Positions 14,174-23,375 of a stretch of 64,000 bases of DNA are shown piece by piece. A program made the translations under genes and the position numbers. Each line of letters starts with the position of its first letter. Position 1 is the first letter of the stretch. Source of the DNA: Podarcis pityusensis (Eukaryota); the NCBI GenBank assembly GCA_964106645.2, contig OZ067045.1; one strand, 5' to 3'. The notes below the pieces were generated by a model. It had not been told where the DNA came from and did no database searches. It saw only the letters and a list, made by a program, of their open reading frames with translations.

Positions 14174-15100
14174 AGAAAGATAAGAAATGAGGGTTTGGGG
14201 AACAGATATCACGAATGGAGAGAGATCTGTTGGAATGTAATGTTAAAGTGTTGTCTAAAAGGTATAAGTTATTATTGGACTGGGAAACAAAGGATGAGCA
14301 AGTAAAATCTTCAGTGATACATTGGGCAATAGATATTGGTTATAATATAGATATGGAAGCATGGGAACAATTGTGGAACATGGATATAAAATTTACAGCA
14401 TGCTATGGTTTAAGAGAAAACAATATGAAAATGTTACATAGATGATATCTAACACTGAGTAAACTGGCAAAAATGTATAAATCAAAATCAAGTGTTGGAA
14501 ATGCAAAGAGAAAGAAGGTACTTTCTCTCATATATAGTGGTCCTGGTTAAAGCATACTGGGAAATGATATATAATGAATTGAAAAAGATGTTTAAAATAA
14601 CATTTGTAAAAATAAAATAAAAACAGAAGCTTTTCTTCTGGGAATTAAAGGGGTCGAACTACCTAAACAGTATAGAAATTTATTTATGCATGCGACTGCA
14701 GCGGCAAGAATGTTATTAGCCCAAAAATGGAAAGAAGTCCCAACGAAAGACGACTGGATACAAAAACTCATGGGCTATGCAGAAATGGCAAAACTTACTG
14801 GAAAAATAAGAAACCAAGACAACAAACTTCTTATAAAAGAATGGAAATGGTTTACTGAATATGTACAAATAAATTGCAAACAAATAAGGACATTGGAAGG
14901 ATTATTGTAATGACCTGCAATTTCATAAGAGTAAATAATTAAAGGAGATGAATAAAAGAATAAGTTAATTCAGAATATGCAGGAAATAATAAATAGAAAT
15001 TTAAGGAACCGTAGAAAGAGGAGGAAGTCGAGTTTTGAAATGTTAAAATGCTTGTAAAACTATTGAAATGTATATAACTGAAAATTACAATTTTATTTTT
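14174..15100 (+). mobile_element. 5'-truncated L1-clade LINE (degenerate ORF2 C-terminus + 3' UTR)
   Basis: A-rich, broken ORF2-like peptides (WEQLW…, CWKCKEKEGT…H cysteine knuckle, AARMLLAQKWK). ~21-bp TSD tttaatgttcct(a/g)ggaatagt at 14153-14173 and 15101-15121. Confidence 0.75.
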
Positions 15101-15902
15101 TTTAATGTTCCTGGGAATAGTGTGGAATCATCCCCTGTTCAACCTGCCTCATCTGTGACTCAACAAAGGAGTCACAGGAGAAGCTGTTGAACTGAATAGA
15201 GTTGTCCTTCCCTCTCCTTCCCTTCCTTCCTCTCTGCCTCTCCTCCTTCCTCCTCTATCTTCTTCCAAATTTGATGCCCGACCTGGATTTCCTCTCTGGT
15301 CAGGGTAAAGAAACTTCCAGGAACAAAGAAGTCTAATAAAAGGATGTACCCACATTTTTTGTATGGTATAATTTATAGAATATAATTTATTCAATTTACA
15401 GTATATGGGATTTTTTTTTTACCTCATATATCTGAAATTTGTCCTACAGTGTGGAATGGGTTTCCGTTGCTTAAGCTTAATTTGTTCCCGCATATCGTAA
15501 CACATTATTAGTAACTTCTTAGGATTAGCTCCAAGACTCTCTATTTCCCTCCCAAATTTATCTAATGCTAATTTAAGCATTGATAAAGCTTTCCATGAAT
15601 TAGATTACATGCATACCATATAACCAGCACAGATGCTTAATAAATGTTATTCTCCCCATCCCCAGTAACCCTTCATACGTGGGCTTAGATGTAGTGCAAT
15701 TGCTAATGGTTACAGGGAAAGGGCGGAGAATGGGGGGAACAAGAGGCAACCTCGATTTGCTCCCCTATGAATGTGAATAGGGTTTTAATTCATGTCGTTT
15801 GTGCGGACAGAGGCCTGATGAAAGGCGATGACAGGCACAGCATCTCTTCCTGGTTTGGGTATAACAATTATTTCTGATGTGGACCAAGCACTTTGGGAGG
15901 AT

Positions 15903-16388
15903 TTGTTGTTGTTGTTTAGTCATTTAGTCGTGTCCGACTCTTCATGACCCCCTGGACCAGAGCACGCCAGGCACTTCTGTCTTCCACTGCCTCCCGCAGT
16001 TTGGCCAAACTCATGCTGGTAGCTTCGCGAACACTATCCAACCATCTCATCCTCTGTCATCCCCTTCTCCTTGTGCCCTCCATCTTTCCCAACATCAGGG
16101 TCTTTTCCAGGGAGTCGTCGTTTCTCATGATTTGGCCAAAGTATAGGAGCCTCAGCTTCACGATCTGTCCTTCCAGTGAGCACTCAGGGCTGATTTCCTT
16201 AAGAATGGATAGGTTTGATCTTCTTGCAGTCCATGGGACTCTCAAGAGTCTCCTCCAGCACCATAATTCAAAAGCATCAATTTTCGGCAATCAGCCTTCT
16301 TTATGGTCCAGCTTTCACTTCCATACATCACTACTGGGAAAACCATAGCTTTTACTATACGGACCTTTGTTGGCAAGGTGATGTCTCT
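15903..16388 (-). mobile_element. BovB (RTE-clade) LINE 3' fragment
   Basis: - strand peptide KIDAFELWCWRRLLRVPWTARRSNLSILKEISPECSLEG…LEKTLMLGK is characteristic of the BovB/RTE ORF end; (CAA)n tail at ~15903-15915. Confidence 0.9.
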
Positions 16389-18495
16389 ACTCAAAACGTC
16401 ATCTACTCAAAACATCATTTAACAGCAAAATTAAAGAAGGCATTAAAGTCTCCTGAAAAGCTTTATCAAAAGCGCTACCAAAGACGTCTGGTCCTGGTGC
16501 CGCCTTATGCCCCATTCGAATTCCTGAGCGATGTTGGGTCTGAGTGTACGTACCAGCTTATTTTTGCTAATGGCACGTCTTCATTGGCAGACATTGCTTG
16601 GCATATTTCGTCAGTGGCGTATCTCAAGTTCCACTGGCCTTGGGGGGCTTCTGACAAATCCTATGGCCACTTGGCCAGCAAAACCAAAGTAAACGATTTG
16701 GAATTTTGCTTGTTCTTCTACTTCCTCTTTCCTTTCATGCATCTTAACTTATAAGCCTGAGAGAAGTGACTGCTCCTTCTAAAATCTTCATAAAAATGCG
16801 GAGAAAATTGAAGGTCCAATAAATAATAACAACAATTTAATCTTTATTACACTTACACCCTGCCTTTCTTTCAATTCTTCTTCTTTATTCCATTACTATT
16901 TAAAATTATGATGACAGGAATAATAATAATACCTTACCTGTTTTGCATTGGCCTGGAGAAGTGCTTCCACCAGATCACACAGTCTGGGGTCTTTTACTTA
17001 AATACCACTCTGGTGGTCGAGGGGGGTGAATAAGTGGAGGCTGAAACCTTCCTGTATACTCACAGTGCCCTCTTGTGGTAGCCAAGGGCAGCGCTTTTGC
17101 CAACCATGTTAGCTTGAAACCAGTTTAAAGCAACAAACCTCGTTCACGAGTTGAATGGTGGGCAGCCGTTTTTTTTTGTACCGATGTGGAAAACCTCCGC
17201 TGCTGCTATCTGCACACCAGCTTGCTGTTAACAACTTCATGGAGAAATCTCTGCTATGGGGATTTAAAGAGAACGTCAAGACAAATGAGGACCAGATCCT
17301 GGTTAGTCTTTTGATATAATACAGTGGTGACCATGTGTGAGGGTCTGCTTACTCTTGCAGCACTTTCTCATGCTCCAGGAGAGCACCTTCCTCGAGGGCT
17401 GGGGTCTCGGTCACAGGAGGGTAAAAAGCCTTTACCAAGACACTTAGCCAAGAGGGCAGAGTTCCATAGGTCCAGCAGACAGAATCTGTCTAGGTCCAAC
17501 ATGCGATGCAGAAGCAAAGTCAGGAAATGGTCCACAGTCGATCACACAGGGAGTTCAGGGGAGTGGGGGCGCCAAAGGCAGGAACAAGGAGCCAGAGATT
17601 TGTGTTATTTCTGGCAACTGAAAGGCTCAAAGGGTGTATATAAGGGTCTTATATACTCTAGCCTCCTAAACCACTCTCTAACCACAAATGCTGGCAGTGA
17701 AGGAGCATCAAGGCTTTCACATTCACAAGTAGACTGGGGGCTCTGGTTCTATAAAGGCAAGCTGTATCGTTGCTCTTCAATCTGGACCAAAAGTTTTTGG
17801 CACCGGTGCTCTTGAGGACTGGGGCGGGGCAGGGGGCACTTTCACCTCCTCTGACGGCTCCAAGGGTTCTTAAGCAGGTATCTTACCAGGAGCCTCTGCC
17901 TGCTCCTCAAGGCCCTCAACCTGTGAAGCACCTGGTTTGCCTTCTGAGGAATCTATGTATGCCACAAGGTCAGGACTAGGCATGGCACTCTCCTGCTACT
18001 GTGAAAGGCGGAGTGGACAGATCCTCCTCTGTTTCTGCACAAGGAAAGTGGCTTCCTCTGTTTTCATAACAACACCCTCCTCCGCTCCATGTTTTATTGC
18101 AAATTTCTGCTCTGAATCAAAACAAAGGGGGGAAAGCCATAAAACTGAGCTCTGATATTCGAAAGAGCTTCAGAGGGTCAAGTCCTGAGAATACCTGCTC
18201 CCGAATGAACCCTTACCCTGCCAGAATAAATGAGACTTGCACAATGGAGGGCAGTGCCACCTGCAAGATATCTTCCTAGGGCACAAGCACACGCCCTTCA
18301 CTTGGTCCCACATGCTGAATCAACCGTGGCCTGCTTCCATGTGGTGTGTCAAAATACCCCAGGCCTGCCCATTTGCCCTTAACCCTTCCCCCAAAGGGAC
18401 TTGCCAGGCAGACTTTGCTCTAGCTTAGTCACCTGGGTTGCCATCCCTTTGCCAGAGTGTTGCAGAAGGCAAGGAGCAAGAGCTGAAGCAGGACA

Positions 18496-21400
18496 ATGTG
18501 CTTCTTTAGGGTCAGCCTCCTGCTCTTCCTGGTTCTTCACTCTCAGGTAGGATTGTCCTCCAAAGAGCAAGCAAAGCGGGGCAAGTATCTTTGGTGTTGT
18601 AGAAGGATCTTCTTGGCATTAATGGTGGAGGGGCTGGGTTAAGGGTTTTGTAGGTGCAGAAGAGGTACCAACACATGAACCAATTTTATCACAGCAGGCC
18701 AGGCTCTTCGTCCAACTAGTGTTTATTAGTAGCAATTCCCCAAGGCCCCAGGCAGTGATTTTGCTGTGCTGCTGAAACCAGAAATCCTTAAGGATGGCAG
18801 CGGCTGGGTTTGAATCTGGGAATTCCTGCATGCAAAGTACAGGTGCTGTCCCCCAGCTGTGTTGCCATGGCCTTGTGGAAGAGCTGGGGTGTGGGGATAA
18901 AGATGAAGAGGAGCATGAACAGAGTGTGGGGGAGATGTGACCACCGAGTGAGCATGGGAATGTTACTGGGCTGAGGAAGGTTTCATAATATTGGGCTTGT
19001 GTCTCTCTACACTGTACTCTACTGGCAGCATAGTTGTTCAAAGCAAATAGGTTTCGAGAAGATAAGAGCAGTTGCCAGTGTTCCAAACTAATGTTGAATC
19101 AGCAAACATGCATTTCCTTTAAAAACAACCACCAGGGAGCACCAACCTTTAAACTGTAAACAGGGACCTTGAATCTTCCATGGGCTGCAAAGCATCTAGC
19201 CTTGCAGAGGGATCAGATAACACAAATAAGGCTAGCCCAAGGGGTCAACAAGATGGTGGCCATGGGTGTGGGAGCTGTGGCAAGGCCTCTTGGCCCATCT
19301 CCACTCTCATCAGCTCAGCCCTTAACTACTGCTCAATAGAGGCTGCAAAACAGACTGGTTGCTACCTGCGGCAAGTCCATAGATGAAGTGAAAGGACTTC
19401 AGGTAAATAACAATAATGCAAACCCAATACTGACATTTAAGATAGAAGGAAGATACTCTTGACATAGAGGTGTGTCCAGATTCTGGGATGTGTCTTCTTT
19501 CACATGTTCCAGGATGGAATCCTAAGGTCCAGCACTGTCCTGTCCCGAGATCCCTACAAATCTTAAGGAGTGCCAAACTTGTCTTCACATAGAAGATGCC
19601 ATGGGATTGGGCTCTGAATGAGGGTTTTAAAAAAAATAATGCAACTCTCTTTCCCCCTTGTAGGTCTCCTTCCTATTTGCTTGGGCAGACGTGCTGACCT
19701 TTCCAGAATCCAGACTTGATCTGAAGAGGCAGAAAAGGGATTTGCAACTTCTGCCTCCAATATTGGTCATGGAGAATGGTATCGGTCCCTACCCCAAGCG
19801 TCTGCTGCAGGTATAGACAGAGAGGGCAACTGCCTCTTTCTCTTCATGTGCCTTGAACAGCTCAGAACCACTATGCTTGGAGGACTTCTTTTCCTCCTAT
19901 GAACCTGCTCAGAATCCCTGTGTTCTACCTCTGAGGGAGGCATAGAGGGAGGCAACAAGAAAACAGACCTTCTCAGTTTTGACATGTTCATTTGCTACCA
20001 GGTAGGTAAAGATGGCATGACTTTCTACAGTGTCACTGGGACTGGTGCAGACAGACCTCCTCAAGGCATCTTCATCTTTGAAAGAGAGACAGGCTGGCTG
20101 ATGGTGACCATGCCATTGGACAGAGAGACCAAAGACAAATACATTGTAAGTCCCTTTGTGCTAGCTTCTGCCACCCTGGAACCTCCCAGCACTTCTTAAA
20201 ACTGCCTTTGCCAACCTGGTGCCTTCCAGATCCTTTGGACTACTGCTGCCATCAGCCCAAGCATCATATAGCTGTGCTGGCTGGAGCTGATGGGACTCTT
20301 AGTTCAAAACTGCTGGAGAGCACCAGGCTGAGGAAGGCTGCTACGTGTTATGGGGCAGGGAAAGAGTGGAAATCACATGTTTGCTGCTGCTTTATGTCAG
20401 TTTTTGGGGAATCCCTGGGAAGCAATAGTATTAGCAACCATTATTTATGGGAAGGAGGAGAAAGTTCAGATTAGTTTCATTTTTGAATTCTCAGCATACA
20501 GTATCTAAATACTTTTTAGCCCCTAATGTAAATTCCTGGGTGCTCTCGGTGTGAAGAGAAGGGCAGCTCTACACTCTTGTGGGAAGGTGTCTGGGAGGGT
20601 GAGAGGCAGATTTGGGGAGTGTCTCAATTGCTACCCTGCTTGCTCTGCAGCTCTTTCTTCACGCTGTAAGTGCAACTGGGCAGCCTGTGGGGAACCGCAC
20701 AGAGATTGTCATCAAGGTGCTTGATCAGAATGACAACAAGCCCCGTTTTACCCAGAGCATCTTCCATGGCTCCGTAGCAGAAGGAGCCCCGCCAGGTACG
20801 TGTCTGTCTGTCTGGTTGCACATGCATGAACGAACTGACTGTATGGAAACCCCTAATATTTGCCTCTGAATGCCCATATCCTTTGCCCATTCTTTATGGA
20901 AGGAGAACCCACAGGGGGAGGGGGTATAATATTGTGTGCAAAACCCAGGCCCCTAACTGTGCTTCTTTCTACCTGTATGGCCTGGGCAGTCACTACTGAG
21001 CCCACCATAACTTGCAGACTGGCATAAGGGCAGTGCAGATCGCACCCAGCTGCTGCACAGTTTGCAGAGGCTAAGAGGTAATTTTGGAGCTGTCTGGGGC
21101 AGAGTCAATTTGACCTCCAAGCTGGGATGATCTGGCTATGTTGCGGGTATGTGTGTGATGCACTTCAGAAGCTGAACTTTGGACTTTTGTGGCACACACA
21201 CCCAGGTACCTTTGTGACACAAGTATCAGCCACTGACATGGATGACGCTGTGAATTCCTACAATGGGGTAATCACCTACTCCCTCGCTATCCAGACCCCC
21301 ACAAAGCCACAGAGCCAAATGTTTGCCATTGATAATAAAACAGGGGTCATCAGCTTGAACAAACCAGGACTTGACAGAACGGTAAGTGGCTGGGTCCTGG

Positions 21401-22282
21401 CTGTGTAGGGAGAGGGCATGATTAATGATGCTAAATTTCCCCTTTGAGGCAACCCTTGGCTCTGCTGCTGCGCTTTACTCCTAGTGGAAACACGGGGCCA
21501 TAAGGCACTGGTGGATTAGAGGCCAGCTGGGGGGGGGGGGGACCAAGCAGGATGGGGAGGGGCTTGCAAGGGATTTCTGAAAGAGAAGAGGGAAGGCTTT
21601 GAGTCTGGAGCAGATGAACAGCATGACTGCCGCCTTCCAGTATCTGGAGGGCTGCCCTACAGAAGATGAAGTGGACATAAGCTGTACACATTTAAAGCAC
21701 ATGGCTTCCTCCAAAGAATCCTAGGAACTGCAAGTTTGTCAAGGGTGCTGGGAATTGTAGCTCTGTGAGGGGCAAACTACATTTGCCCAAATCCTTTGGG
21801 GGAAGTCATGTGCTTTAATGGTATGGTTTGCAAGAATTAAGCATTTTCTTTTCACATTTTCCTAATAATAAGGGTGGTCTACCACAGGCATAGGCAAACT
21901 TGGCCCTCCAGATGTTTTTGGTCTACAACTCCCATGATCCCTAGCTAGCAGGACCAGTGGTCAGGGATGATGGGAACTGTAGTCCCAAAACATCTGGAGG
22001 GCCGAGTTTGCCTGTGCCTGGTCTAGCATAACAGCTGTGTCCCATTTCAGTTTGCTGTATCTGGAAGTACCCTAGTGAGTTTAAAGTTTCCTCAAGTTAC
22101 TTGGCCAGTGGGGCTCTCAGGATCTTATACAACACTGCTTTGCCATGTGGTGCTTTGATCCCCTTTGCCCAAATGCTAATGGAATTATTTGTTTACAGGT
22201 AACCCCCCAATACACTCTGATCCTGCAGGCTACAGACTGCTTAGGAGAAGGTCTTAGCGCTACAGCAACAGCAGTGATCCAA
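18496..22282 (+). CDS. Truncated E/P-cadherin-like module (signal peptide, RQKR site, EC1 and EC2 only)
   Basis: Exons equivalent to CDH1 exons 1 and 4-8: [17 protein letters not shown] / [49 protein letters not shown] / ...[35 protein letters not shown]... / LFLHAVS...[11 protein letters not shown]... (145 nt) / [14 protein letters not shown]...GLDRT (176 nt) / [28 protein letters not shown]. The 145- and 176-nt exons match the sizes and phases of CDH1 exons 6 and 7. No EC3-5, transmembrane or cytoplasmic exons found. Confidence 0.9.
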
Positions 22283-23342
22283 GTAAGGACTGGGAACTCA
22301 CAAATACTCCCGGGTAACCATGTGACTGCTCCTATATCTTCATTTTTGCTCTTGCTGAGGCATGACAGTATTGCCTATTCTCCCACAAAATGCTTGCTGC
22401 ATTTTACTCCAGTGAGAAGTCCCAAGAACTTCAAATGCATATTTTACAGGCTGAGTAGAGATGGAGATGGAACCCTCCCCCCTTGCCCTGAAATGAATTG
22501 GGCCCCTTTCTCATGTTTTCAGGGGGCACCCGGTTGAGCCTGCCCTCGTGGCACCAAAAGGGTTAAGACTTTCTGCTGAGTCATGACAGGCAGGCAGCCT
22601 GCCAGTGGAAGGCAAGAAGGAAGTGGAGTTAGAAGGGGCTGCATCAGAAATGCCCCAGAATGGATGAGAGAAACCAACTACCACAGAGGGATGGAGGAGG
22701 GAGACCCCAGGTGGTGAGAGATCCTAGGATGGTGGGTGGGCTCAGCCCAAGAGAAGGGAAAGCCTTCCTGCTTTGATGTTTCATTGGGAAACTTGGCAAG
22801 GGGGTGGGAATGTATATTTCTGGCAGCTCAAGAAAAACAAGAAGGTTGAATGCCACACTCTTGATTGTCTTGGGGAGTTTCCTGGCATGTGCCAGAAAGT
22901 AAAGGAACTCTGTGGCCAGGGATCAAATGTTTAAGAAGGCAGTGAAATAATACATGGGGCAGGAAGGAGAGCTGCCACTGTTCAGTCCCACCTTCTGGGT
23001 GGAGAGGGGTCATAACTCAGTGTTCTTAGGTTCATCCCCAACATCTCCAGATAGGGCTAGGAAGGACCTCTGTTTGAAACCCAGGAGTACTGCTCTGCCA
23101 TGCTGAAGAGCAGAGGAATGCACTTGTCAGGCAGGGCTTCTGTCAAGAGGCTGGTGTTGTAAGGCACCTGCCCAGGCCCATCCTGACACAGCCAGTGGGG
23201 ACCACTGCTGACCTTCACTGCCCCTGAACCTCCTCTGCACCTTCATTACTTGCTCACCTGCCCTCTCTGTACAAACAGTGGCAGGCACTATGTCAAGCTG
23301 CAGGGCTACAATTTGGGCAAATGAATGGGCAGTGTGGACAGC

Positions 23343-23375
<33 letters not shown>

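Noticed and set aside
18496-22282. Interpretation as a cadherin pseudogene fragment
   Set aside because: All six exons are open, splice sites are canonical, phases match and structural calcium ligands are selectively retained despite high divergence.
22283-22537. Read-through of the last cadherin exon giving a stand-alone two-domain cadherin with an unrelated tail
   Set aside because: The tail has no cadherin, transmembrane or clear GPI-signal character, no canonical poly(A) signal follows, and a good donor sits exactly where homology ends.
23290-23340. ATGTCAAGCTGCAGG… as a possible relic of the ancestral URAH PTS2 exon
   Set aside because: Needs a frameshift to read MSSCRLQ, still lacks the H/Q-L end of PTS2, has no convincing donor and runs into an (AAGC)n repeat.
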